DNA of 64,000 nucleotides, taken from assembly GCA_035690065.1 (NCBI GenBank), contig DASSKW010000014.1, positions 398 through 64,397 on the forward strand, in the 5' to 3' direction. This DNA is from Gammaproteobacteria bacterium (GTDB lineage Bacteria; Pseudomonadota; Gammaproteobacteria; Natronospirales; REEB76). Positions 19,441 through 29,371 of this stretch are shown here, in pieces. A program made the translations under genes and the position numbers. Positions within the stretch are counted from its first letter, which is position 1, and every line of letters starts with the position of its first letter. The notes below the pieces were generated by a model. The model had not been told where the DNA came from and ran no database searches. It saw only the letters and a program-made list of their open reading frames with translations.

Positions 19441-21561
19441 ATGAAACGTGCTCTGGTCCTGTTCCTGGTTCTCCCCATCGCGCTCGCCGCCTGTGTCAAG
19501 GGCAGCGATTCAACCACATCCAGCCCGAACCCGAATGCGGGCTTCCAGGCACGCTTCGCGCCCCTGAGCGGTATCCTGCCGTTCCCGAATGACCTCTATT
19601 TCAACGGCAGCACCACCGGAACTCTGAACATCCCGGTCCTGGCCTCCGCTCAGACTCAGGCTTCCAACGCGCCGACCCTGGACATGAACCATCTGGACGG
19701 CTTCGGCACCCAATCGGTCATCAACGCCTATTTCACTGCTGCTGTGGACAAGACCAGCCTGAATGCCAGCGATGTCATCGTGCTCCAGGTCACGACCGAC
19801 CCCGCAACCAAGGCCATCACGGGCTTCGTACGGCCGTTGGCTCAAGGCACCGATTACAGTGTCGGGGTATCTACTGCAGCCGATTCCGGCGGCACCGTGC
19901 TCAACATCACCCCGCTCAAGCCGCTGGCCGGCAGCAGCAGTTATCTGGTGATCCTGACGACCGGCATCAAGGATACCAATGGCGCAGCCGTGACCCCGAG
20001 CTCCGACTTTGCCGCCATCCTCGCTGCCGACGCTCCAGCGTTGGCTGCCGGTGCTGACCCCACCAAGATTGACGAATCGGCGCTACCGGAAGCAGGTCTG
20101 CTGCCTGTCGCCCAGTTCACCCTGGCCCAACTGGCGGTTGCAGCAGGGGCTGGGGTCGATACCACCAAGATCGCCCTGACCTTCAGCTTCAGCACCGAAT
20201 ACCTCGGTGCAACACTGCAGACCATGGCCGCCACGGCCACTGCGACGACACAGCCGACCGGGGTCGGTATCATCGATACGGGCCTGACGGTTGCCGATGC
20301 GATTACCGCTGCAGGTGAAACTCCGCCTGCTCCGGCGGCCCTGGCCGAACTTTATGCCGGTACTGTGGCGCTGCCGTATTACTCTCCGGTCCCGACCACG
20401 GCTGATCCCACGGCGCCGTTGACCGGTTGGTGGCACACGAGCACTGGCGGAGACACCACGGCACTTAATCCGATGCCGAAGGCCACGGTCGCACAGAACG
20501 TGATTCCGATCCTGGTCAGCATCCCGAATACCGCGAGTGGTTGCACCGAGCCTGGCAGCGGCTGGAAGACCGTGATCTTCCAGCATGGCATCACCCAGAA
20601 CCGCGAAAACATGCTCGCGGTGGCCGGCTCTTTCGCCAGTCAGTGCTTTGCGGTGGTGGCCATAGATCTCCCGTTACATGGTGTTACCAACACGGCAGAT
20701 CCCCTCTACCTGAAAGGCCACGAACGGACGTTCGATCTGCCGCCCAGTGATGGCTCCAGCGGGATCGCATCTTCCGGAAGCTACTTCATCAACCTGAGCA
20801 GTCTGCTGACTTCACGCGATAATCTGCGTGAGGGCGTAGCGGATCTGATCAATCTCACCGCTACACTGCCAGCATTGGTTGCTGTCGACTCACCCACGGC
20901 CCCGACCGTACTTAATAAGTTTGATAGCACACAGGTCTATTTCGTCGGCCATTCGTTAGGTGCGATCGTCGGTACTACCTTCCTGGGTGTGGATGGCAGC
21001 AAGATCGTGGCGGCGACACTTGCCAACCCGGGCGGCAACGTCACCCAGTTGCTGCTCAATTCGCCAAGCTTCGCGCCGCAGATCAATGCCGGTCTGGAAT
21101 CCGAAGGTGTACTACCCGGCACCCAGTTCTACGATGACTTCTTCCGCAATGCCCAGGCCGTGATCGAAGACGGTGACCCCGCCAACTATGCTGCCGCGGC
21201 AACCGTCAACACCCCGATCCACATGATCGAAGTGGTCGGTGGTTTCAATGGCTACAACGTCGCAGATACCGTGGTGCCCAATTCCAGCACCGATCTGTTG
21301 TCGAGCCTGATGGGCCTGACCAGCATCAACACTGTGGGATTTCATCCGGTAGCTACCGGTGTTGGTAACGGAGTAATAGTGCAATTCACTGCTGGCGATC
21401 ACGGCTCATTACTCGACCCATCGGTTCCCTCCGGTTTGCCGTCATCTCAAGCCACGATCTATAGCGGCGTAACCACTGAGATGCAGACTGAAGCAGTCAG
21501 TCTCGCCGCCTCTAATGGCACAGCCGTTGGAATCACCGATACTACTTATATCAAGCACTAA
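19441..21561 (+). CDS. Lipoprotein lipase/esterase (alpha/beta hydrolase; VolA / Pla-1/cef-like bacterial lipase family)
   Basis: ATG at 19441 follows a GGAGG SD. It has the lipobox 'IALAAC', a long Ala/Thr/Pro-rich N-terminal region, the nucleophile elbow 'GHSLG' and a late 'GDHGSLLDP'. The family assignment is from memory of the domain architecture. Confidence 0.6.
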   Translation: MKRALVLFLVLPIALAACVKGSDSTTSSPNPNAGFQARFAPLSGILPFPNDLYFNGSTTGTLNIPVLASAQTQASNAPTLDMNHLDGFGTQSVINAYFTAAVDKTSLNASDVIVLQVTTDPATKAITGFVRPLAQGTDYSVGVSTAADSGGTVLNITPLKPLAGSSSYLVILTTGIKDTNGAAVTPSSDFAAILAADAPALAAGADPTKIDESALPEAGLLPVAQFTLAQLAVAAGAGVDTTKIALTFSFSTEYLGATLQTMAATATATTQPTGVGIIDTGLTVADAITAAGETPPAPAALAELYAGTVALPYYSPVPTTADPTAPLTGWWHTSTGGDTTALNPMPKATVAQNVIPILVSIPNTASGCTEPGSGWKTVIFQHGITQNRENMLAVAGSFASQCFAVVAIDLPLHGVTNTADPLYLKGHERTFDLPPSDGSSGIASSGSYFINLSSLLTSRDNLREGVADLINLTATLPALVAVDSPTAPTVLNKFDSTQVYFVGHSLGAIVGTTFLGVDGSKIVAATLANPGGNVTQLLLNSPSFAPQINAGLESEGVLPGTQFYDDFFRNAQAVIEDGDPANYAAAATVNTPIHMIEVVGGFNGYNVADTVVPNSSTDLLSSLMGLTSINTVGFHPVATGVGNGVIVQFTAGDHGSLLDPSVPSGLPSSQATIYSGVTTEMQTEAVSLAASNGTAVGITDTTYIKH

Positions 21562-21596
21562 AACGCTCGACTCCAGGTTCGAGTTTCAAATCGAAC

Positions 21597-21625
21597 GGGG
21601 CGGCTTCGGCCGCCCCATCTTTATT
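21597..21625 (+). terminator. Rho-independent terminator after the lipase gene
   Basis: 8-bp GC stem 'ggggcggc/gccgcccc', tetraloop 'ttcg', then 'atctttatt'. Confidence 0.7.
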
Positions 21626-21678
21626 GCGGGATGCCATCCCGATGCTAGGATAGCGACTGCACCTCGACTGCCATACCC

Positions 21679-22605
21679 ATGACTCAAACTACTCCTGCTT
21701 CGTCCCTGTTCGGCCGTTTGCGCAATGGTTTGCGACGCGCAGCATTGCATCTCACCCCCGGCTCGCGAGTGGATGAGACGGTGCTGGAAGAACTCGAAAC
21801 CCAGTTGCTGATGGCTGATGTGGGAATAGATGCATGCCGTGATTTACTGGCTCGCCTGCGCACGCGCATCAAGTCCGGCGGACTGGCCGACACCGATGCT
21901 TTGCGCAAGGCGCTGCGTGACGACATCCACGGGCTGCTGGAACCAGTCGCGCGACCGCTTGAACTGACTGGCGCTGCCCACCCGTTCGTGATCCTGGTGG
22001 TCGGCGTCAACGGTGCGGGCAAGACCACCACCATCGGCAAGCTTGCGCAGCGCCTGCACGCCGAAAACAGAACCGTCATACTTGCTGCTGGCGATACTTT
22101 CCGTGCCGCAGCCATCGAACAACTCCAAACCTGGGGAACACGGCATGGGGTGGCGGTGATTGCGCAAGGTAATGGAGCCGATCCTGCCGCAGTCGCTCAC
22201 GATGCGCACATCGCAGCGCGCAGCCGCGGCTGTGACGTACTGATCGTGGACACCGCCGGGCGCTTGCACACTCAGGGCGGTCTCATGGAGGAACTGAAGA
22301 AGATCCGCCGCGTGCTGTCACGATTGGACGACACCGCTCCCCAGGAATGTCTGCTGGTGATCGATGCCGGTACTGGTCAGAATGCACTGAAACAGATCGA
22401 ACAATTCAATGCTGCCGTGAATGTGACGGGGCTCGTGATCACCAAACTCGACGGTACTGCCAAAGGTGGTATCGTGATCGCGGCTGCCAAACGTTTCGGG
22501 ATACCGATCCGGTTCATCGGTGTCGGCGAACAAGCCGATGATCTGCAGCCGTTCGATGCCGACGCGTTTGCCGCTGCATTGGTGGGTCAAGAGATAGCCC
22601 CATGA
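21679..22605 (+). CDS. ftsY: Signal recognition particle receptor FtsY (short form, NG domain only)
   Basis: 'GVNGAGKTTTIGKLA', 'DTAGRL' and 'TKLDGTAKGG'; followed by ftsE-ftsX. Confidence 0.92.
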   Translation: MTQTTPASSLFGRLRNGLRRAALHLTPGSRVDETVLEELETQLLMADVGIDACRDLLARLRTRIKSGGLADTDALRKALRDDIHGLLEPVARPLELTGAAHPFVILVVGVNGAGKTTTIGKLAQRLHAENRTVILAAGDTFRAAAIEQLQTWGTRHGVAVIAQGNGADPAAVAHDAHIAARSRGCDVLIVDTAGRLHTQGGLMEELKKIRRVLSRLDDTAPQECLLVIDAGTGQNALKQIEQFNAAVNVTGLVITKLDGTAKGGIVIAAAKRFGIPIRFIGVGEQADDLQPFDADAFAAALVGQEIAP

Positions 22606-22708
22606 ATAATCATGTGACTGCGAGAAACATGCTAACGACGCAATCCCGGCACACTGCCGGCGATATCATGAGGTTGCATCGCGATGTCGCTGTCAACGGG
22701 TACTGCCG

Positions 22709-23398
22709 ATGATTCAATTTTCTGAAGTCAGCAAGCGCTATACAGGCGGTAATGAAGCACTCACTGCCCTGAGTTTCAGTGTCGAACGCGGTGAGATGGC
22801 GTTCCTCACGGGCCCGTCCGGTGCCGGCAAAAGCACACTGCTGAAATTGATCGCGCTGATCGAACGGCCCAGTCGCGGGCAAGTGATCGTGAACGGCCAG
22901 AACCTGGCCGGTGTGCGCCGCCGGCGATTACCCTACTATCGTCGTCAGGTCGGTGTGATATTCCAGGATCACAAGCTGCTGCACGATCGCAGCGTGGCGG
23001 ATAACGTGGCGCTGCCGTTGATCATCGCCGGCATTCCACACTCGGAAATCGGTAAGCGCGTGGGTGCTGCTCTCGATCTGGTCGGCTTGCTGCACAAGGA
23101 ACGCGCTCTGCCCATCACACTTTCCACCGGCGAACAGCAACGGGTCGGTATCGCACGTGCAGTGGTGAACCGCCCCCCGATCCTGATCGCCGACGAGCCC
23201 ACCGGCAACCTTGACCCGGAACTCTCCTACGAGATCATGCAGTTGTTCCGGCGCCTGAATCAGGTGGGTGTCACCGTGTTGGTAGCAAGTCACGACCACA
23301 GCTTGATACGCCGTCTGGGACAGCGCGTCATCAGTCTGCGTGGCGGACGCCTGGTGGCCGCGGAATTGCATGGAGACTCTGATGTCGCGCCCGTCTGA
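22709..23398 (+). CDS. ftsE: Cell division ATP-binding protein FtsE
   Basis: 'GPSGAGKST', 'LSTGEQQRV' and '[11 protein letters not shown]'; ftsYEX context. Confidence 0.92.
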   Translation: MIQFSEVSKRYTGGNEALTALSFSVERGEMAFLTGPSGAGKSTLLKLIALIERPSRGQVIVNGQNLAGVRRRRLPYYRRQVGVIFQDHKLLHDRSVADNVALPLIIAGIPHSEIGKRVGAALDLVGLLHKERALPITLSTGEQQRVGIARAVVNRPPILIADEPTGNLDPELSYEIMQLFRRLNQVGVTVLVASHDHSLIRRLGQRVISLRGGRLVAAELHGDSDVAPV

Positions 23399-24359
23399 CG
23401 GTTCGCGTGGTGCGCAGTCCGGTCGGCCATCGATCGGGCAGCGGTTCGCCGCCTGGCGGTTGCATCATCGGCAGATGCTGGTGTCCGGCTTCACCCGCCT
23501 GTATCGCAAACCGGTCGCGACCGGCATGACGGTGGCGGTGATTGGAATCTCGCTGGCACTGCCCGCCAGTCTGCTGGTCCTGGTCCAGAATGTGAAACAG
23601 GTCAGCGGCAGCTGGCAAGGTGCAGCCCGCATCTCCCTGTTTCTGAAACAGGGGCTTAGCGATCGAGTCGTACAACAGGCTGCAGCTGCGACACGCAGCA
23701 CCGAAGGTGTAACCGGACTGCAAATCATCAGTGCCGATCAGGCGCTGGCGGAATTCAAAAATCGCTCGGGTTTCGGTGACGCGCTGACGTTGCTCGGCGA
23801 CAATCCCTTACCGGCCGTCCTGGTGGTGCAACCGGATGCCGCACACAGTACACCGGAGACCGCAAACCAGTTGGGCAAGACCCTCGCCAAGCTGCCACAA
23901 GTCGATCGGGTACGGTTGGATGTCCAATGGCTGCGACGTCTGCAGGCGATCCTCGACATCCTGGGTCGTGCGGTACTGGTCATCGGCTGTCTGTTGGGGC
24001 TGGCAGTAATCCTGATCGTCGGCAACACCATCCGCCTCGATATCGAGGGCCGTCGTACCGAGATCGAGGTCAGCAAGCTGATCGGTGCTACCGACCGTTT
24101 CATCCGACGGCCGTTCCTGTATTACGGCGCAGGCTATGGGTTCACCGGTGGGGTGCTTGCCTGGGTACTGGTGACCGTGTCGCTGGCCCTGCTGGGTGGC
24201 CCCGTGAGCCGCTTGGCGGGCCTGTATGGGAGTGACTTCAGTCTCACTGGAGCAGGTTTCAGTGGCGCCCTGATGCTCCTGGCGGGTGGTGCCGTGCTGG
24301 GTTGGCTGGGCGCCTGGCTGGCTGTAGCCCGCCATCTTCGCGATATCGAGCCTTCCTGA
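23382..24359 (+). CDS. ftsX: Cell division permease-like protein FtsX
   Basis: 4-TM FtsX topology with a large periplasmic loop. ATG at 23382 overlaps the ftsE end; alternative ATGs at 23370 and 23340. Confidence 0.88.
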   Translation: MSRPSDGSRGAQSGRPSIGQRFAAWRLHHRQMLVSGFTRLYRKPVATGMTVAVIGISLALPASLLVLVQNVKQVSGSWQGAARISLFLKQGLSDRVVQQAAAATRSTEGVTGLQIISADQALAEFKNRSGFGDALTLLGDNPLPAVLVVQPDAAHSTPETANQLGKTLAKLPQVDRVRLDVQWLRRLQAILDILGRAVLVIGCLLGLAVILIVGNTIRLDIEGRRTEIEVSKLIGATDRFIRRPFLYYGAGYGFTGGVLAWVLVTVSLALLGGPVSRLAGLYGSDFSLTGAGFSGALMLLAGGAVLGWLGAWLAVARHLRDIEPS

Positions 24360-24418
24360 AATAACCTTTCAAAACAGCCTCTTACTAATCGACGCATCGA
24401 TTTTCTCAAGGGAACTTC

Positions 24419-24463
24419 CCGGATAATTAGCACTCTAACCACAAGAGTGCTAGGATTATCCGG
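24419..24463 (+). promoter_or_regulatory. Strong hairpin/palindrome in the rpoH leader
   Basis: 'ccggataattagcactct' pairs with 'agagtgcta(gg)attatccgg', giving an 18-bp stem with a 2-nt bulge and loop 'aaccaca'. It ends 6 nt before the GAGGAGG SD of rpoH. Confidence 0.4.
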
Positions 24464-24481
24464 CACACGAGGAGGTTCCCG

Positions 24482-25357
24482 ATGACCACAAGCAATGCCC
24501 TGACGCCCGCCGCCCGTCAACTGGTACTGGCCGGTCCGACCGGCAGCCTGGATGCGTACATCCGCGCTGTCGCCAGCGTGCCGGTGTTGAGCCAGCAGGA
24601 AGAGCATGAGCTCGCCGTGCGTCTGCACGATCAGCAGGATCTGGATGCAGCGCGCACCCTGGTGTTACACCATCTGCGCTTCGTGGTGCACGTCGCGCGT
24701 GGTTATATGGGTTACGGCCTGCCGCTGGCAGACCTGATCCAGGAAGGCAATATCGGCCTGATGAAAGCGGTAAAACGCTTCGACCCGGAAGTCGGCGTAC
24801 GACTGGTGTCGTTCGCGGTGCACTGGATCAAGGCTGAGATCCACGAATTCATCCTCAAGAACTGGCGCATCGTGAAAGTCGCCACCACCAAGGCGCAACG
24901 CAAGCTGTTCTTCAACCTGCGCAAGTCCAAGAAGCGCCTGGGCTGGATGAGCCATGCGGAAGTGGAGACCGTGGCCAAGGAACTCGGCGTCGCGCCGAAA
25001 GATGTATTGGAGATGGAATCGCGTCTCTCCGGCCGTGACATCACCTTCGATCTCACGCCTGAAACCGATGACGACGACAATCACAGCGTCGCACCGGTGA
25101 GTTACCTTGCTACCGATAACGATGCTGATCCGGCCCAGGTGCTGGAACGCGCCGATACGGAAGATCAGGGTGAGATCCAGCTGCATCGTGCCTTGGTGAA
25201 ACTCGATGATCGCAGCCGCGATATCGTGCAACACCGCTGGCTGAACGAGCAAAAGACCACCCTGCAGGAACTCGCGGATAAGTATCATGTCTCCGCGGAG
25301 CGGATCCGGCAGCTGGAAAACAACGCAATCAGAAAACTGAAAGTAGCGATGGTTTAA
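24482..25357 (+). CDS. rpoH: RNA polymerase sigma-32 (heat-shock sigma factor)
   Basis: RpoH box '[10 protein letters not shown]' and sigma70 regions 2-4; located downstream of ftsYEX as in many gammaproteobacteria. Confidence 0.93.
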   Translation: MTTSNALTPAARQLVLAGPTGSLDAYIRAVASVPVLSQQEEHELAVRLHDQQDLDAARTLVLHHLRFVVHVARGYMGYGLPLADLIQEGNIGLMKAVKRFDPEVGVRLVSFAVHWIKAEIHEFILKNWRIVKVATTKAQRKLFFNLRKSKKRLGWMSHAEVETVAKELGVAPKDVLEMESRLSGRDITFDLTPETDDDDNHSVAPVSYLATDNDADPAQVLERADTEDQGEIQLHRALVKLDDRSRDIVQHRWLNEQKTTLQELADKYHVSAERIRQLENNAIRKLKVAMV

Positions 25358-25378
25358 CTACAGCATCCAGCTATATAT

Positions 25379-25411
25379 AAAAAAGCCCGGCATCAACTGC
25401 CGGGCTTTTTT
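25379..25411 (+). terminator. Rho-independent terminator of rpoH
   Basis: 'aaaaagcccggca-tcaac-tgccgggctttttt': a 9-bp stem flanked by an A-run and a T-run. Confidence 0.85.
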
Positions 25412-25756
25412 ATGGTCCCGGATAAGCGGATAGGACCGTCTGAACCATGAACGGGAATTTGTGGGCTTCGCCGCAGCGAGGGCACGTGTCTGAAATCGAA
25501 TTTCCCTGATTCGATTTCAGGCGGACGCGGACTCACCGGGGAGCGTTTCTTTCGCCCCTTTTTTTGCGCCCAAAGAAAGGGGCATGCCTGTCGGTGCGGG
25601 AACCGGCATTTAATTCACACGGCTGAAGGCCGCTCGTTTCATTTCCGGGATTGCTTCGTCACTGCGTGCCTCGCAATGACCGCCAGGGAAGGCGGGGATG
25701 CCGGGAACGCAGGAACGGTTTCCGGTAGGCTGCCGCTACTGCAGCAGGACTTCACG

Positions 25757-26650
25757 TCAGAACAACTGCATTACTAACGGTAAATAGTGATCCACCAGCA
25801 GACTCAGGAACAATGCCGCGAGATACACGATCGAGTACCAGAAGGTCTTCATCGGCAGTGTTTCGTCGTCCGAATATTTCATCTTGACTGCGTAATACAG
25901 GAAGATGCCACCCAGAATCAATGCGCTGATGAGATACAACAACCCACTCATGCCGATCAGGTACGGAAACACACTGATGACCAGCAACAGGATGGTATAA
26001 AGCACGATCTGCAATTTCGTGAACGCTACCCCGTGAGTGACCGGCAGCATGGGGATACCGACCTTGGCGTAATCCTCCCGTCGATGGATCGCGAGCGCCC
26101 AGAAATGCGGTGGCGTCCACAGGAAGATGATCAGAAACAGCAACAATGGCGCGGCAGTGACGTGATCGGTAATCGCGGTCCAACCCAGCACCGGCGGCGC
26201 GGCACCGGCGGCACCACCGATCACGATGTTCTGCGGTGAGGCGCGTTTCAGGAATACCGTGTAGATGATCGCATAGCCGATGATGGACAGGAACGTGAGC
26301 ACTGCGGTCAAGGTATTGACCAACGCGGTAAGCACGATCATGGACAGCATCGCGAGCGTCAAGGCATAGACCAGCACCTGGCGTTCCGTGACATGTCCGG
26401 TGGGCAACGGCCGGCCACGAGTACGGAACATGGTGGCATCGGCACGCCGATCCAGCAGATGGTTGATGGCGGCGGCAGCCGATGCCGCCAACCCGATCCC
26501 GATGGTGCCGAAGATAAACTTGTCCAGCGGCACCATGCCCGGCACCGACAAGAACATGCCGACGATGGCGGTGAATACGATGAGTATCACTACCCGGGGT
26601 TTGCCGAGTTCGTAAAAATCCCGCCAGGTCGTGTGGTTCTCAGTGCTCAC
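25757..26650 (-). CDS. ctaB: Protoheme IX farnesyltransferase (heme O synthase)
   Basis: 297 aa, UbiA-superfamily polytopic protein with a CyoE/CtaB-like sequence. It is adjacent to and overlaps ctaA in the cox cluster. Confidence 0.9.
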   Translation of the reverse strand: MSTENHTTWRDFYELGKPRVVILIVFTAIVGMFLSVPGMVPLDKFIFGTIGIGLAASAAAAINHLLDRRADATMFRTRGRPLPTGHVTERQVLVYALTLAMLSMIVLTALVNTLTAVLTFLSIIGYAIIYTVFLKRASPQNIVIGGAAGAAPPVLGWTAITDHVTAAPLLLFLIIFLWTPPHFWALAIHRREDYAKVGIPMLPVTHGVAFTKLQIVLYTILLLVISVFPYLIGMSGLLYLISALILGGIFLYYAVKMKYSDDETLPMKTFWYSIVYLAALFLSLLVDHYLPLVMQLF

Positions 26651-27653
26651 TCTCTACTCTCCTGCTCCAGGCTCCCCAGACCAGCGCCACGACCGATCCC
26701 AGTAACAAGGCCGCAACACCGTTATGTGCATCGGCCAGCGGCAATGGCAATCCCAGTTCCACGATACTGATGCCGATGCCGACCTGTATCAGCACCAATA
26801 CTCCAACCAGCGCACCGAGCCATTTCAATCCCCGGTTCCCGCCCTTCAGCATGAACACCAGACTGGTGCCGAGCAGGGTCAGGAACGTGACTAAAGCGCC
26901 GATGCGATGGGTGACATGGATCGCCATGCGTGCGGCCTGGGTCAGGATGCCGCCCTGATAATCCTGGCCCACACCATGCCAGGCAAATCCGTCGTGGAAA
27001 TCCATGCCCGCTGGCCACCATTGGGCCTGACAGGTAGGGAAATCCGGACAGGCGATGGCCGCATAGTTGCTGCTGGTCCAGCCCCCCAGCGCGATCTGGC
27101 AGATCAGCACGATCAAGCCGGCGACGGCAAGCCAACGCATGAAATCGCGGGTCTGCACGCGGTAACGCAGCCAGTCGCCGCTTTGCAGGACCAGCAATAT
27201 GAGCAAGGCGAAGGTGGTGAACCCGCCCAGCAGATGCCCCATCACCACGGGTGGGAACAATAGCAGGGTCACCGTCCACATGCCGAGTAACGCCTGGAAG
27301 ATGACCGTCAGCAGCAGCAATGACGGCAGCAGCACCGGTCTGTGCGTCTGCTTGCGCCGCCACCACGCCGCGATGGCCAGGATCAGGATCAATGTCGCCA
27401 GCGAGCCGGCGAAATAACGATGCACCATCTCCTTCCAGGCACGACCCGGTTGCACCGGCCGATTCGGATGAGTGCTATCGGCCTGGGCGATGGAAGCATG
27501 CGTATCCGGTACCCCCACGTGACCGTAGCAGCCCGGCCAATCAGGACACCCGAGCCCGGCTGCCGATAAGCGCACATACGCACCCAGCACGATCACACCG
27601 AAGGCAAGCACCGTAGCGAGGATGGCAAGACGCAGATACCAGCGAGCGGACAT
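26640..27653 (-). CDS. ctaA: Heme A synthase (COX15/CtaA family)
   Basis: 337 aa with 8 TM segments, 'GLGCPDWPGCYG' and conserved His-containing helices. Confidence 0.85.
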   Translation of the reverse strand: MSARWYLRLAILATVLAFGVIVLGAYVRLSAAGLGCPDWPGCYGHVGVPDTHASIAQADSTHPNRPVQPGRAWKEMVHRYFAGSLATLILILAIAAWWRRKQTHRPVLLPSLLLLTVIFQALLGMWTVTLLLFPPVVMGHLLGGFTTFALLILLVLQSGDWLRYRVQTRDFMRWLAVAGLIVLICQIALGGWTSSNYAAIACPDFPTCQAQWWPAGMDFHDGFAWHGVGQDYQGGILTQAARMAIHVTHRIGALVTFLTLLGTSLVFMLKGGNRGLKWLGALVGVLVLIQVGIGISIVELGLPLPLADAHNGVAALLLGSVVALVWGAWSRRVESEH

Positions 27654-27654
27654 T

Positions 27655-28305
27655 TCACATACTCCCGCCGCCGTTCAACAAATGCTGCAGATCCTTGAGC
27701 AGCCCTTGTGGATCAGAATCAGTCGCGTATCGCATGACATAGAATCCACGCGGATCGACCAGGTAGATATACTTCCCGAACCCGGGAGGCATCGTTCCGT
27801 TATCAGAGAACTGGTCCACGAGCGCTTCGCCCTGCCGACCGGAAAAGTTGACCACCGTCATGTCGGGGTGCAGCTGGGTAAGCTTGCCGGGATCCGCAGG
27901 CATCCCATCCACCAGATACAGACGTTGTATTGCCTCGATCTTCTCGCCCATGGCATAACGAACCTGGCGGGTATTGTAGAGCGCACCTTCGCAATCTGCG
28001 TTGCAGTTCGTGGGGCCGATATACACCATGGTCCAGTGACCCTTGAAATAATCAGTCGCCAACTCGCCGCCCGTGATCGGTAATGGCAATGCAGAGAGTA
28101 CGAGCTCACGCGGCGGCTTGATGAACTCACCGTGACTGATGGTACCGAAGTGCCAGCGATTTATGTTCAGGTACAGTATCCAGGCCGCGATCAGCGGTGC
28201 AGCGAACAGCAGGAAGATACCCACCAGGAACCAGCGGTGTGATTTACCGGGCGCAGGATTGGCAGTGTTATCAGGTGAGTTCGTGTTTCCCATCGTTCCG
28301 TCCAC
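27655..28305 (-). CDS. SCO-like thioredoxin-fold membrane protein (cox assembly-associated, uncharacterised)
   Basis: N-terminal TM anchor, then 'YIGPTNCNADCEGAL' (CxxxC in an SCO-like position). It sits between SURF1 and ctaA. The start is uncertain (28305 or 28293). Confidence 0.55.
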   Translation of the reverse strand: MDGTMGNTNSPDNTANPAPGKSHRWFLVGIFLLFAAPLIAAWILYLNINRWHFGTISHGEFIKPPRELVLSALPLPITGGELATDYFKGHWTMVYIGPTNCNADCEGALYNTRQVRYAMGEKIEAIQRLYLVDGMPADPGKLTQLHPDMTVVNFSGRQGEALVDQFSDNGTMPPGFGKYIYLVDPRGFYVMRYATDSDPQGLLKDLQHLLNGGGSM

Positions 28306-29026
28306 GTTTCAGATTTACTACGATCCAGATCACAGTCAAGGCTGCGGCCAGTGCAAACCATTGCAACGCATACGCCAGATGCCGGACAGGCGGGAAACCT
28401 ACATCAGGTCGCCAGTCGCGTACATAACCATCAGGCTGATCGGCATCCAGCCAGATCACCGGGTGCAGCAGGGAATCGCCATATAACTTCATCAGCGCCG
28501 AGTGATCCGGGTATAGCAATATTTTCGGCCAACCTGCCGGTATGGTTGCTTTACCAAGCCGGATACCCGGCACCGGCAGGATACCGGCGATGCCGCTGAT
28601 ATCGCGACTGCTCGCCGCCAACGGCAACTCCGGTGCCTTGTCATCACCGACTACCTTGGCCAACCAGCCCCGGTCCACCATCACGATCTGCTTCCCTGGT
28701 TCGAGGATGAAAGGTGTCAATACTTCATAGCCGACAGCATCATCATGCTGCATATCCTGCAGCAGCAACTGATGTGCTGCATCGTAATGACCATGCGCAA
28801 AGACATGCCGGTAACGCGGTAACGCCGCCAACCGTCCGTCGGCTGCCATCTGATTGATATCCAGTGGGGGCAATCGTTCGCTCTGGTTGTACTCTTGCAG
28901 CAAGCTTCGCTTGTAATCCGCCCGGTGCAATTGCCAGATACCCAGGCGCACCAGAATCACAAACATGATCAATGCAGCCAGCGTCGGCCATAGTGTGGGA
29001 TGAAACCGCCATTTGCCCAGGTTCAT
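28271..29026 (-). CDS. SURF1 family cytochrome oxidase assembly protein
   Basis: 'WPTLAALIMFVILVRLGIWQLHR...GYEVLTPF...VDRGWL' are typical SURF1 motifs. The start at M44 of the ORF avoids overlap with the divergent small gene. Confidence 0.8.
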   Translation of the reverse strand: MNLGKWRFHPTLWPTLAALIMFVILVRLGIWQLHRADYKRSLLQEYNQSERLPPLDINQMAADGRLAALPRYRHVFAHGHYDAAHQLLLQDMQHDDAVGYEVLTPFILEPGKQIVMVDRGWLAKVVGDDKAPELPLAASSRDISGIAGILPVPGIRLGKATIPAGWPKILLYPDHSALMKLYGDSLLHPVIWLDADQPDGYVRDWRPDVGFPPVRHLAYALQWFALAAALTVIWIVVNLKRGRNDGKHELT

Positions 29027-29068
29027 GTTGCGTGCTAACGTGAGCCGGTCATTTCTCGGAAGCGGACA

Positions 29069-29284
29069 ATGATCTCCAATATCATCGTCATTGTAATTCT
29101 CCTGATTATCATCGCCAGCCTGTTCTCGGGTTTGTTCTACATGCTGAAGGATCATGGCCGGTCAAATCGCGCACTCAAAGCTCTGACCGTACGCATCACC
29201 CTGTCACTGCTGTTATTTGCCTTGCTGATGATCGGCTACTGGACCGGCCTGCTGCATCCACATGGCCTGATCCCGTATCACTAG
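29069..29284 (+). CDS. Twin transmembrane helix small protein (HIG1-like, DUF2909-type)
   Basis: 71 aa with two TM helices. 'IASLFSGLFYMLKDHGRSNRALKALTVRITLSLLLF' matches my recollection of this cox-associated family. It is on the strand opposite to the rest of the cluster. Confidence 0.7.
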   Translation: MISNIIVIVILLIIIASLFSGLFYMLKDHGRSNRALKALTVRITLSLLLFALLMIGYWTGLLHPHGLIPYH

Positions 29285-29314
29285 AGACAGCACGCATGGT
29301 CTGAAAACGGGAAC

Positions 29315-29337
29315 AGCGCCGCGCAATGCGCGGCGCT
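29315..29337. terminator. Hairpin between convergent small gene and cox3 (candidate bidirectional terminator)
   Basis: 10-bp GC stem 'agcgccgcgc/gcgcggcgct', loop 'aat', with short T-rich flanks on both strands. Confidence 0.55.
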
Positions 29338-29371
29338 TTCCGTTGTACCGGATGGGGATTGAACCGTCGGT

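Noticed and set aside
21562-21596. T-loop-like 'ggttcgagt' motif downstream of the lipase gene that could hint at a tRNA.
   Set aside because: No acceptor, D or anticodon arms can be built around it. It is part of a small hairpin ('ttcgagtttcaaatcgaa') preceding the terminator.
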